From the NCBI RefSeq assembly GCF_018977255.1, contig NW_024705352.1:1-52267 (forward strand): a stretch of DNA of 52,267 nucleotides, in the 5' to 3' direction. A model generated the notes under the pieces. The model was not told the DNA's origin. It did not search any database and saw only the letters and a program-made list of their open reading frames with translations. Origin of the DNA: Callorhinchus milii. Taxonomy: Eukaryota. A program made the translations under genes and the position numbers. The stretch's first letter is position 1; each line of letters opens with the position of its first letter. Shown here piece after piece: positions 40,291-52,267 of this stretch.

Positions 40291-43200
40291 CATGCCAAAG
40301 TATGATATTATATTTTTCATGGGGGATGGGTAGGAGGTGATATCCATGTCCTTTTGCAGGTGTATTTGCTGAGTTTGTTTTTCATACAGCAAGAAAAATC
40401 CCTCAAGTCACGTAGTTCCACCTATCCAGATGAAATGAAAACCAAAACTTAACAAGGCTCCTGTTTACTTATGTCTTTACCGATTCGTAAAACATTTTCT
40501 GCAGCTTCCAAAGTGTGTTTGCATCCGTATGCTTGTGCGTATGTGTGGGCATGCTCTGGCATTTGGTCACTGGCCTGGTTTGAAATGTTCGTAAAGATTT
40601 TATCACCGAATAGAATGACGAAGTTCAAGGCAACATGTTTTGTCTCTTGTCATAATTTGTATTTATAAATGTGTCACTCAGCTGGGTTGGATCAAATTCT
40701 ATGAGTGACCTAATTTCCATGATAGCATCTTGAATATTTACTTGCGACTGCTTTGAGATCATCCCACCTGCTCCGCCTGAGAACCTCGTTTCATGACAGA
40801 TGGGATATATGGCTTTGAAAATAAGGTTCCCAAGGCGTTGGTTATATAACTGTGACACTGATGTAAACCATCTGAGCCAGCCAGGCATCTCTGTCCATTG
40901 ACACTTAGCATTTCTCAACTGCAGGTTGGGATTCTGCCTTGCAAATGTACACTTACATATTGTTAACTATAGTAAATGTTATATTTGATATATTTACAAC
41001 TTTTAAAGTGATGTTTGTTGCTGGCCACTTAATGGTTTGGTCCTTCAGGTTTGTGCTCAAGACATGTTCGAAAAAAAGCTCCCTCCACATCAAAACATTT
41101 GCAAACATCCATTCTAGGCCATGATAGCATGAGCTGGTTTGCACGTCTCATTATCACTTGTGACTATATTTGCTTCAACAGAGGCAGCAAAGCCTTTCTC
41201 CTGGGTTTAAATGTGCCTAACACCAATGTTTAACTGTGTTTAATTATAGGCCCCACATTTAATTGACCAGCAATAATGTCAAGAAGTACTTAATGGGAAT
41301 AAAAGAAAATGGGTTTGTCATCATTTATCGTTTTTTTCTTCTCAAAATTAGTTTTCTACCACTGTGGAATTATTCAGTCCTTTGGGTTTGGATGTGAATG
41401 GTAGGATTGGCAGTTTTTAAAGTGCCACCTTAGCAATAGGCTTATTAACACCTGTTCCATAATGAATTCATCGTAAAAATGTGTATTTATTTAATCTCTC
41501 AATCAATATTATATTGAACTGAATTGTTGTTCTCACGTATACAGCAGCATGCTGAAATTAATATACAGCAGCACTCATTTATGTTGGTGGCCCTGCGTCA
41601 GTGCTGGGAATTACACATTCCTATGGCAGTGAGTGGTCTCTTAATAACACAACTAGAGTTAAACTTTTTTGGTTTTGTTTTACCAAACTTAAAGTGGAGG
41701 CATCTAAACGCAACAATCTTTACTTAACTTCCCATACATTGCGTACACATAGAACAGGTATAGCAATTGGAGATTTAAATGATTGTAAAGAGTTTATTGT
41801 TTTCATTGCACAAGGGTGCTCTAAGGCTTGTGTTTCTGGAGAAACTGGACGTCCGGACTACTTGCGATGCCAGCTTTGTGCGGCAACAATGAGCACTTTT
41901 TCTCAAATAATGTTGCCCTTTTGGGGCTAAGTGGACAAGGAGTGCATTTCAGCATCTGAGCCCCATGCAAATGGGCAATTGCACATTGGGCAACTACACC
42001 ATTCAACAAACGCACTAATTTCACTTTAAAATCCGAGCAATTTAACTTTAATTAGGCCCTTGTACTACGTGTCACACATGTACATGCACTATAATGCGCA
42101 GCTTTCTCCGAGGACAAAATCCCCACTCTGTGACACCACAACCACATAGAACGCATAACAAATTCTGCCACACACACGATATACATATTAAGTCTCCGTA
42201 ATGAAATGAACGTGGGACATTGCTAATTTTTTATGGGTAGCCCTGAGCTAGTGCTGGGAATTCCACGTCCTTATGCTGGGGGAAATTCATCCATGGGACA
42301 ATTAATGCTTAGTTGTCACCATATTGGAGCTCACTTTATTGACCCCTGGAAGGTGTGTGGGCTAAGTTGACCCATGGCCAGGATTTGAACTCACAACCTT
42401 CCAATTGTGGGATGATCGTCCTTGTTAGTGAAAACATATACAAGCTTGTGTTTTAAGTAATGGCCATTTATTCAGAACGTTTATGATCTGAAAACGTCCT
42501 GTGGTCTACGAAGGCGTCTCCCTGAACTGTTGAATTATAATTATGTTATACGTTTTCAGATTGAATGTAGTGTTTTTCATGGCAATGGTAGTAAAATATG
42601 TTTTGTCTGTGTTTATACAATAATGCCAATGTACACAATTTCATTATTCGCTGAATTATTTAATTCTACTACCAACAAAATATGAATTCTTCATTGTTGT
42701 TTCACGTTCGACTTCAACTGTTTTACAATTTAAATATTCGATTTTCCAGTTTAAGTTTGATTTGATGTTTCTACTGTTTAATTTTCTTGTAACAGTTAAT
42801 TTAATTTTGTTTGTTAAATGGGTTATAGTGTCTGTTAGCTTAACAATATAATTTCAAGGTGATCAGATTTTGTTTAGTTATCAACACAGCAAACAGTAAA
42901 TGTGAGCAGGTAAGAGTATTAGTCAAAATAGAATTAGTCTTTCTGCATCCTCAAAATCACAGTTTTGAAACTGCAGTATTTATGCAGTTGAATAGTTGTG
43001 AAACGTACCTTTTATTTTCTGAATACAAATTACCAAGGATATTGACAATTTTTATTGCATTAATTATTTGAATAGGTTTAATAAGAATGTAATTAAGTTA
43101 ATTTAAATATGTGCGATTCATTTAATAATTACATTTATATGCAGTATAAATGGAAAAAAAGTGCGTTTATGATAATTACAGCGGTTTTTTTTATTTAGGA

Positions 43201-43387
43201 AACATCAGTTGAATGCCGGAACCTCTTTAAACAGACTGGCTTGCCATCTTGCATTTACTACACAGAAAGCCCAAGTCAAAGGATGTATTGTCAAAATAGT
43301 GGACTTAGTTTGGGACAGGTATTGTCCTACCTTTTGTGATCTCGTGGGCGTTAAACACAAACTAATTTCCAAACATAGACACTGGTA

Positions 43388-43468
43388 AATTTCGATTGAA
43401 AGCTTTCGTGACTGCAGGGATTCATATTCTTGCTTCTTTCGTGACTTTACCGAAAGAACCAAGAATAT
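43388..43468 (-). mobile_element. Ultra-short PLE fold-back (3' motif only)
   Basis: gctttcgtgactgcagg tail plus short inverted arms atattcttg/caagaatat; near-TSD ATAGACACtGgTA / ATAGACACcGaTA at 43375-43387 and 43469-43481. Confidence 0.8.
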
Positions 43469-45424
43469 ATAGACACCGATAGTTAACCAACTGCAATGCC
43501 ACATCACCACTCTTATTTATCATGGCTGATTAATTATTTGACCGTTTTCAGAATTGTTCTGTGAGCATCGTGCACACAATTTTGTGCTACAAGTCAATAT
43601 CATCCACAAAGCCCTCGCAACAAGAACATTGATATTTCATTTTTACGTGTCACCAAATGCTGCCATAATAAGTTGCGATCACTCAATAACGATTACACAT
43701 TCTGAGAAACATTATAAAAATAATGTATATTTTGCTTTCATATTTTGCAGTGTCAGTTTCTGTAAGTGCCGCGTTGGCAATAAAGCACTGTAGAAAAACT
43801 AAACCATTAATTATAAATAATTTTAAATTCTACAGCCATTTCTCTTTACTCTCTTTATAGACAGTCCTCTTAACACATATAACCACAGGTGGCAGTTTGG
43901 AGACAAAACGACCCTTGTTTTGGTTATAGAATAATCGGTGAAGGCAAACGTTCCAGCCCTGCAATCGCTTGCCCACAGCACTTATAGCAAAGAGCCTCCA
44001 CTAGAGGGGGTTCCAGAGAGCCCCCTTTCCGAAAGACACGTGTGGCTTACCCTTCCACACTTGTAAGGTCGCACTCATTACACACAAAGTGTTTCCCCCA
44101 AAAAATAACCACAATACCTCGCTGATCTTGTCGAGGCGCATACACCATCAAGTGAACTTTCATCATCATCATCATCGCAGTGGATTTTGGATGGCCATCG
44201 AACAAAGACGGGCACCACATCACACGCTTTCAGATGCGCTTCTGTGGCCGTCTGCAATTCTCTTGTTTCTGATATAAGGAAGCCATTGGAGCTGTCCACT
44301 TTAAAATCTAAATTGAAATCCAATTTCTTTAGAATTGCTTTTTGTGTTTAGTTTGTTGTCATTCCTTCCCCCGCAACTCTGATTAGCATGGTTGGCTAAG
44401 TACGGTGCGAAAGAAGTTCAACATACATACACACTAGGCAGACGTCTTGGAAGAGGTGGTCTTACCCACTCTATAACTACCACATGCAACCTGCCAATAG
44501 ACTAACTGGTGTACCAATTTATACTGCGTGGTTGGAAAGCGATGAATGGATTCAAGAAACTTGCTAATTTTTGTTGCTCTGTGCTGCATTTTTTGCACGA
44601 ATTGTGCTATATAAGTAAAGTTTTAATTTGATTTGACTGTGCTCACCATTACACCATCCGATTATAGAATATGTTGCAAAAGCAGGACTGCGTTGACAGT
44701 GCACAGGCACAAATAAATAGCCTCACCATAACCATCATAAGCAGGAAAATGGCCATTGCTCAACATGTCAGCCTACAGTATGTTTATTTCTTATAAGGTA
44801 ATGTTCATGATGAATATGGTGAATGTTTGATATATATTGTGCAACACTTAGCAATGTTTCAAAACAGCAATTGTAAATGATACATGAGTAGGGGAAAAGT
44901 GTAGCCCCTGGTTAAGTGAGTGATGGGAAGTGATAATCTCCATTGGTGGCCCTGAGCCAGTGATGGAAAAATTTACATTCCTGTGACAAGGATGTTTTTA
45001 TCCATAGGGCAACTCCTGAGTGACCTCCCCAAAGTGTTATTGACCTTGCATGTTGCTCAACACCACCAGACTAGTGTGTGTATGTTTGGGACATTGAGCC
45101 TACTCTTCCACAATGTCCAGATGTACTTTGGTCAATGGAAAATTGCATTTAATTTAATGAAGATTCTAGACGAATGATCACATTCCTACAGTTTATACCA
45201 GTTTAGTTGCACTGTCTCATCAACAAGGTGTAACCTGAAAATATAATACGACTGGTTATCCTTATTTATGGGCATTGGCCATCCACAATTTATTTAATTT
45301 CATAAAACACTTAATATTAATATATGCTAATTTTAGAACTTTCGTGACTGCAGTAAATGATTATTTGGTTCTTTCGGTTAAGTCACGTCTAAAGATAAAA
45401 TAATAAATTAAATTAAATAATAGC

Positions 45425-45467
45425 ATACGACGTTTCGATTGCAACACAAGCAATCATCATCAGGTAT
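45425..45467 (-). ncRNA. Minimal type-I hammerhead ribozyme
   Basis: Mirror of 46113-46155. Confidence 0.85.
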
Positions 45468-46112
45468 AATGAAATAGCGACATAAAATCGAACTAGAAAA
45501 CTATAGACAGACATATTAGCAGACAGATATCACCAAGATACATAGAGGGAGCAACACAGGAACCAGAGAGGGGTGATCATCTCTGTGGGGTGGCCTTAAA
45601 TAGACAGAGGGGGGAGGAAGCAGAGAGAGGGAGGGGGTTAGAGAAAACATTTGCATATCAATGAGTGGTCCAAAAACAAGGTTCTGCAAGTGCGATGACA
45701 CGGCAAGCAAGTCTGAAAATCAGAAGGACAAACTAAAATTCAATAACCTAGCAAAATATCGAAATGTAATGTAATACAACACAGAGAGTCGGTCAACACT
45801 GTGTTGTATTACATTACATTTCGATATTTTGCTAGGTTATTGAATTTTAGTTTGTCCTTCTGATTTTCAGACTTGCTTGCCGTGTCATCGCACTTGCAGA
45901 ACCTTGTTTTTGGACCACTCATTGATATGCAAATGTTTTCTCTAACCCCTCCCTCTCTCTGCCTCCTCCCCCTCTGTCTATTTAAGGCCACCCCACAGAG
46001 ATGATCACCCCTCTCTGGTTCCTGTGTTGCTCCTCTATGTATCTTGGTGATATCTGTCTGCTAATATGTCTGTCTATAGTTTTCTGGTTAGATTTTATGT
46101 CGCTATTTCATT

Positions 46113-46155
46113 ATACCTGATGATGATTGCTTGTGTTGCAATCGAAACGTCGTAT
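46113..46155 (+). ncRNA. Minimal type-I hammerhead ribozyme (best-preserved copy)
   Basis: atac-CTGATGA-t-gattgc-ttgtgtt-gcaatc-GAAACGTC-gtat: perfect stem I (atac/gtat) and stem II (gattgc/gcaatc), GUC cleavage triplet. Confidence 0.85.
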
Positions 46156-47082
46156 GCTATTATTTAATTTAATTTATTATTTTATCTTTAGACGTGACTT
46201 AACCGAAAGAACCAAATAATCATTAATATATGCCTTTTGGCCAGCGGAATAAAGGTTATTCCTTGCAACTGTTTCAAAGACGTTATATATGTATGCATTT
46301 TATTACAACAATTCTCTAAATGAGCAACACAAATCGTACTTTTATTTTGAATAATGTTTCAATGTTTGCCCACAATTCATGTTTTAAAGACACATCATTC
46401 AAAAGTTTGTGGACATAAAATTAGCTAAAGTAACTTTTGAGAATTAAACGTCCCAAGCGAGTTACTCTGCAGTGATTTGTTTATTTTTAATGTGACACAT
46501 GTTTGTAGCTTGTTATCCTAATATTCATAAACAGCATTCCGATTCTCCCGTAATTAGGGACATGTACCCACTAACTCATATTATTATGGACATCTCATTT
46601 CTGCTAATGCATTCTCTTTATACAAATGTGACCCACGCTGCATTTTAATGAAAGGGATTGGAATTGTTTTTTTCTCCGATTATTTTGAATTTAATTCCTT
46701 ATGTACTATCAGCGACATACTATGAGACAGTATGCATTCGGATCTCTCACAGAGCAATGAAGCCCTTCAGAAGTGGATATCACAGAAGTACCTCTAATAT
46801 CTCTTTAAGTGACTGGCTGTCCACCACGCCGCAGCGTGAATAATGTTCGTACATGGCAGTCAAACCAATGTTTAATTCTCAAAGCTCGAAATTACTCAAA
46901 TTAAATATTGACGATAATGTAATGCGATGGCTTTTTTTTGTATAGTCGTTGATAGAATATATAACTATCAACCTGATTACTGGTATAATCAGACTGAGAC
47001 CATGAACTCACCACACATTGAGGGCCCGGTTTAATCTAAGTCGGCTGCCTAGATTCATACTAAACTGTTTAAACTAAAGTAC

Positions 47083-47375
47083 TTTAAATGTTACCAGGTA
47101 AGGTCTCCTGAGCTATACAGCTCTTTTTCAGAAGCGATGTGGCCACGAATGATAGCTCAATTAAGTGGCTTGTCATGTGGACATTTCTAGCAACCAAATA
47201 CTCTAAACGCATGTTTCTAAATGTGGAGAGAAAACACGGTGTACCCAGCGAAACACTCCACGAGACCACGCGGAGAACATACAAACTCCAAATATACAGG
47301 CGTCAGAGTCGGCATCAAACCCACGGCCTCCTGTATGCCAGGCGAGGGAGTTAACATCTCTCCACTACGACTCCC
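47083..47375 (-). mobile_element. V-SINE-like tRNA-derived SINE
   Basis: cggagaacatacaaactcca is the reverse V-SINE-type core; homologous to 14795-15096. Confidence 0.8.
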
Positions 47376-49362
47376 TTCAAACCCAGGGTCTCAGTGGTAC
47401 CGGCTCAGGGCGCTGACCTCTGAGTCACCCAACCATTCCCTGAGTGATACACACCGCTTTGGTAAAAGCATTGACCATGATGATCTGTAATCTTTATTTA
47501 TACAACATATTTTAATTATTATCATCATATGCCTGAACTACAAACATTTATTTAGTGTGTTGAAATGTATTCCATTTGCACATCACATTCGGAAAAGTTG
47601 CTCAGAAGAGTCGGTATAAAAAGTAAACAATTCACTCATTCTTCCATTTAATGATCAAAGCAAGTTAAATATATGGTTCCTGCGATATCATTGGATATTT
47701 ATTACCATAGAACACAATCTTAGGTTGTATGTAAGTGTAATGCTGCACTTTTTAAAATAAATTTCACTCATTATATCACACACCCATAAATTAGCTGCAC
47801 CAAAGACCTTATTCCCACATCCAAACCTAATTAGAAGGCAGTTATAAATTGCCATAATTATAACCCATATACATGGCGGGCACAAATTATAGTAAATATA
47901 TAATTAAATGGCGACCACCACCACCACCATCATCATCAGTGTATGCAATCCTATCATTGCCGAGTCTCTAAGGCATGCTGTTACTTGGCTGCCGACGCTT
48001 GCGTGTCACTTTGCTGTGAAATTATGTTGCCGGGGCTGTGCATATTCCTGACGGATTAATACACATAGCCGATCAGGGCCCGGCGATGCAATTTAAGTAA
48101 TTTGTGTTCAATGTTTGGGACAAGCACTTAAAATTAACACTTCCCATCCCACATTGCCATGAATACACTGTGTGCATTATCTCTTATAAAAATCACACCC
48201 AAATTCCAAGCATGTGTTTTGTGTATACTTAAATGCAGACTGGTTGAGGGTGTGGTCTGGTGTAAAGTCAAATACACTAAACACATTCCACATTCGTTAA
48301 TAACGTTGGTTAAAAAAAAATATACTCGGCAACGTTTTGGGCAGTGGTCTTTCTTCATAGCACGTCAATGATGCAGGCGCCTTGGAGTCCGATAAATGCT
48401 GGTCCTCTTCAAGAGAGGAGGTTGACGTATCCATTGTCACTCCTGGGGTGAATATTCAACAGTGGTCTTCCTCTGCGACCCATCGAAATGAGAAATAACG
48501 ACCACTGGCTCGGGACGACCAACATATTCAGAATGGTGTTGATGATTGTGCATAACTTATTTGTACGTTAACCTGCTTGCCGTAAACCAAAGAAAAGTGT
48601 TTTGGTTCACTGATGGTCACTTTTCAAAAGTATTCATGCGCCAACCTCTTCGATAGTCAATGGCAATGCTTCAGAAGTGCGGCCATGATTTTCTCAACAG
48701 ATTACGCGCTGATGTCCGTATTCTCGCGAAAGTCTTTCCAGTGGCTTGAAGATGCCAACTATTTCACTTGAACTCGCGTTTAAAGCTGTGCTACTCCCAC
48801 CGGGTTCAGATATGCTTAATTCATTTGGCTCCCCATAAAGCAAACACTCTCAGCTGATAATGTATCTTCATTAATTGCACCTTGGGCAGATATAGGGCTG
48901 TAGGCAGATTTAAAATCTATAAGTGGATGCTGCATAGGTTTTTTTTGGGTTCATTCTAATGGGATAAAAAGGATGTCCACAAACTCAGTCATTGTAACAG
49001 GGCACTCAGACGAAGTGGCGTTGGATGTTTCTCCAACTATATTCTCTTTTAATCTTCTTTAGATTTTTTTCAGCGTTTAACCTAAGAATCATGAGTGTTG
49101 AAATGTCATTGACAATCAATATGATTAATGCAATTGATAATCTTGGTGCTAAAATTACACTATGGGGAAATAACTGGAGATGCATGGATAATTAAATACA
49201 AAGGTCACTTTTCACCTTTACATTTTGGCAATAGGGTGGGGCCAGCACAATGGCTAGCCACCTTTGTCTCCCCAGGGCTCTAATTGCAAGACATTTGCAA
49301 TTTAAATTGAGATGAACTATGGATGTTACAGATCCTACTCAGATGCCAGTTGTCACTGATGT

Positions 49363-49996
49363 TTTTTTTTTTTCATGGCTTGGCTTCGCGAACGAAGATC
49401 TAGGAAGGACATCCACGTCTTCTGCAGGCACGCTGGTGGCTGAAGAGGCCTATGCGGGACAAGCAGGTCCTGCCACAACAGCTGCAAGTATAGGTCTCAT
49501 CTGGGATGGGTGCTGAGGGATCATGGTTCTTCCTCCTTCTCCTTTTGTCCTCCATACGGGCCCTGCGGGTATCTTCGAAGAAGGAGGTGGCCTGGTGGAC
49601 TGTGTGCCGCCAGGAGTTGCGATCAGCTGCTTGTGTTGCCCACTGACGGTGATCGATGCAGCAAGCAGTGAGGGACTTCTTCAGGGAGTCTTTGTATCGC
49701 TTTCGTGGTGCCCCTATGTCGCGATGGCCAGAGGACAGTTCCCCATACAGCACAATCTTAGGTAAGCGGTGGTTCTCCATCCTGGCGATGTGCCCTGCCC
49801 AACGAAGCTGTGTCTTGAGGACCATGGCCTCGATGCTGATGACCTTCGCTGACTTAAGGACTTCAGTGTTGGCGACGAAGTCACTCCAGTGAATATTGAA
49901 GATTGTGCGGAGGCAGCGCTGATGGAAACGCTCGAGGAGACTCAGGTGACGACGGTACGTGACCCAGGACTCAGCGCCATACAGGAGAGTGGTCAG
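49363..49996 (-). mobile_element. 5'-truncated RTE-clade LINE with poly-A tail and TSD
   Basis: T-run at ~49362-49373; direct repeat CACTGATGT at 49354-49362 and 49997-50005. Confidence 0.92.
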
Positions 49997-49999
49997 CAC
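49400..49999 (-). pseudogene. RTE LINE ORF C-terminal fragment (post-RT domain and Cys/His finger); open frame but no true start
   Basis: LLYGAESW, LERFHQRCLRTI, QLRWAGHIARM..RLPKIVLYGEL..G.R..GAPRKRYKD, CSCCGRTCLSRIGLFSHQRAC. Confidence 0.92.
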
Positions 50000-50694
50000 T
50001 GATGTACATGGTCAGGAATTGAACACAGGTCACTCACATCATGGTTACAGTGTTGTACTGATAATCAACACACGTAGAATTGTGATTTTAATCTTATAGA
50101 AAAATATTTTATTCACAAGTTCATATTTGATCCAATGCTTAGAGAAGGACATTATATTCCATTTAAAGTCCCTGCTTTGTTTCTGTAAGAGAAAATCATA
50201 AACGTTTCGATGTATCATAACATTATTCTATTTCATGTGTTGTTCAGAAATGCCTTTGTTTTTAAGTGATTCACAGTTTGAATTAAACAAAGTACTTATT
50301 TCTTGACAAGCCACAGCATTTACTGTTATTGGTGTGGCTAACTACAATTTAAGCGAACTGCTATGCTATGGACATTAATAAATTATATTGCTAATACTTT
50401 TTATGACAGTAATTATTTGTTGTGAAATTCATTTGAATTTAAACCATGTTAAATAAGATAAATCTACTCAGTAAAATGTGGAATACTTGTACGACAAACA
50501 TACTATAGTGTTATCTACTCAGAGTGGACTTTTGGTTTGGTATGGTTATGTCTGGAATTGCATTGTCTCAATAGTTTCATTATAAATTTGGAAACGGCTT
50601 GGCAATCATTATTTCTTAGTACGTTTAAGTCTAGAGGTATTGTGTAATACTCAACATTAAAATGTGATCCTAATCGTTTGGAATCAGATGATAG

Positions 50695-51255
50695 TGTAGT
50701 GAGTCAAACTGAGTCGCAGACGTTGTCTAGGAGCAACACTATTTATTTCACCAACTCAACATAACATAATACAACCATCACTTGGGTTTTGAATGCCCAT
50801 CTAGCCACGCTATGGCAGAACTAGACAAGCTGGGTCCCAGACTGCGTGGCTAGAGGCTTCTTTTTACCCGACGTGGATCTTCTTCACCAGTTACACGAAG
50901 AACCCCGAGCCCCTCACGCCCCCCCTTATATCGGCCTGGGCTGGGCTGGCTCCGCCCCTCGCCCCGCTCACCTTCTAGATCTCTCCAGCTCTTTCCCGAA
51001 GGCTCCCGAGAGCTCCTCTACACCACGGGAATGCCCAGCGGCCCGCGTCTACCGGTGGGCCCCCTCCAGTATCATCCGGTCATGCGTCGGCAGGTCAACC
51101 AGCGTATCATGCCCCAACTTAACCCTGGCTGGCTGACACTCCCTCTCGCTCCCTCACCGGGAGACCGCACCGCACACCGTACGTGGTGCCTCCACGCTGA
51201 CCAGCGCTCACCCAAGCCCCGTTAGGGCTGGTACTATGCCCAGTAAGCGGCTACA
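50695..51255 (-). mobile_element. Probable solo LTR
   Basis: GC-rich island bounded by TGTAG..CTACA; on the minus strand a TATA-like GATATAAG (50925-50932) precedes AATAAA (50742-50747); TSD not clean. Confidence 0.55.
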
Positions 51256-52010
51256 CATAATGCCAACACATCCGCCGTTGCTTCGTAAGCCCGGCACCAC
51301 ACAGTGACATTCACAGTCACTACAATAGGACTAAATAAAATTGCATTTAAGTAAACATGGACCTGATCTGATTTGTCTAGAAACAGATTGTGAGCCTGAT
51401 CTGAACTATGTGATCAAAGTGAATTATTCCTAAGCCCAAGTTACAAATTTGCTATGTTCTTCATCTCAGCATTGTGAGCTTCTAATTCCAGTGGAAGTTC
51501 AGTGTTGGAGAAACTGGTCTGTCATTTCAGCAGCATATGGTGAAGCAACACAATGTGGTTAAATGTGTATTTGGAATTAGCGAGGACTACAACATCTGGT
51601 TTTGGTTAGTTTGCTAAAACTACCAAATTGGGAAAATTTGATTTAGCCGAGCATCTACTATATTTTGATGTGCCAATTTACAATTGTATTTTTATTGTTA
51701 GTGTGTGTGTATAAAGCGTAGGTTTATCTAGTGTGATAACTCTGTTCTGCTGAAGATTTACCTGTCAGAAGCAAATTGGTAAAACCAAGGTAATGGGTCT
51801 CTGTGCACAACCAAGCAATGGATCATTGGCTCACCTCTCTTGGCAATCCTGAGTTACTTTTGAAAATTCCACATTACTGTTATTGGGACCAGTCTCTTTA
51901 TAAGACTGCCACTAATGGCTCTCAATAATGTGGTGGTTATTTTATCAAGACCGGAAAAGTGATGGGTTGAGCTAACCCTAATTGGATTTTGAACTTGCAA
52001 CCTTATGTTT

Positions 52011-52194
52011 AATCTTAACTTTGGAGCTTTCGTGACTGCAGGAATTATTCTTTGGTTCTTTCGGTAAAAGTCACGTATAAAGAAAAAATAATAAATTAAA
52101 TAATAACATAATTGTGTTGCAATCGAAACGTCGTATGTTATTATTTAATTTATTATTTTTCTTATACGTGACTTTACCGAAAGAACCAAAGAAT
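52011..52194 (-). mobile_element. Miniature PLE fold-back element
   Basis: Arms ~52045-52109 / ~52133-52196; half hammerhead (gcaatcGAAACGTC) in the spacer; tail 52011-52044; TSD AACCTTATGTTT at 51999-52010 and 52195-52206. Confidence 0.9.
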
Positions 52195-52267
52195 AACCTT
52201 ATGTTTGTCAGTCAACCATCAAACACAGTGCAATCTCGTTACATATAAATGTAAGACAAGGTTACAT

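Larger units (their letters stand above)
45328..46221 (-). mobile_element. PLE fold-back element, non-coding, ~430-bp inverted arms
   Basis: Arms 45356-45784 / 45799-46224 with 14-nt spacer; tail 45328-45355; TSD ATTAATATATGC at 45316-45327 and 46222-46233. Confidence 0.93.

Noticed and set aside
45516..45991. ORFs 45516-45710 and 45809-45991
   Set aside because: Incidental frames in the palindromic non-coding PLE arms.

Overview
Eukaryotic (animal, probably aquatic vertebrate/deuterostome) non-coding DNA in three parts. (1) 1-16100 and (3) ~38880-52267 are AT-rich, repeat-dense intronic/intergenic sequence. They are dominated by Penelope-like retroelement (PLE, Penelope/Poseidon type) remnants that carry minimal type-I hammerhead ribozymes and mostly sit as fold-back (inverted-arm) insertions with a one-sided ~28-37 nt tail and 10-13 bp target-site duplications. 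They also hold several tRNA-derived SINE families, RTE-clade LINE fragments (one with an open 199-aa frame, poly-A and TSD) and two probable solo LTRs. (2) After a 30-N gap (16101-16130), ~22.7 kb (16131-~38880) looks statistically random: near-even composition, plentiful CpG/TpA, no repeats I could find, and no recognisable ORF. I read it as shuffled/synthetic or artefactual rather than a biological system. No intact host gene could be supported. The most interesting genuine signal is the size series (81 bp to 1.4 kb) of ribozyme-bearing PLE fold-back elements with a shared inversion breakpoint inside a conserved 3' stem-loop. All analysis is by eye; nothing was computed or searched.
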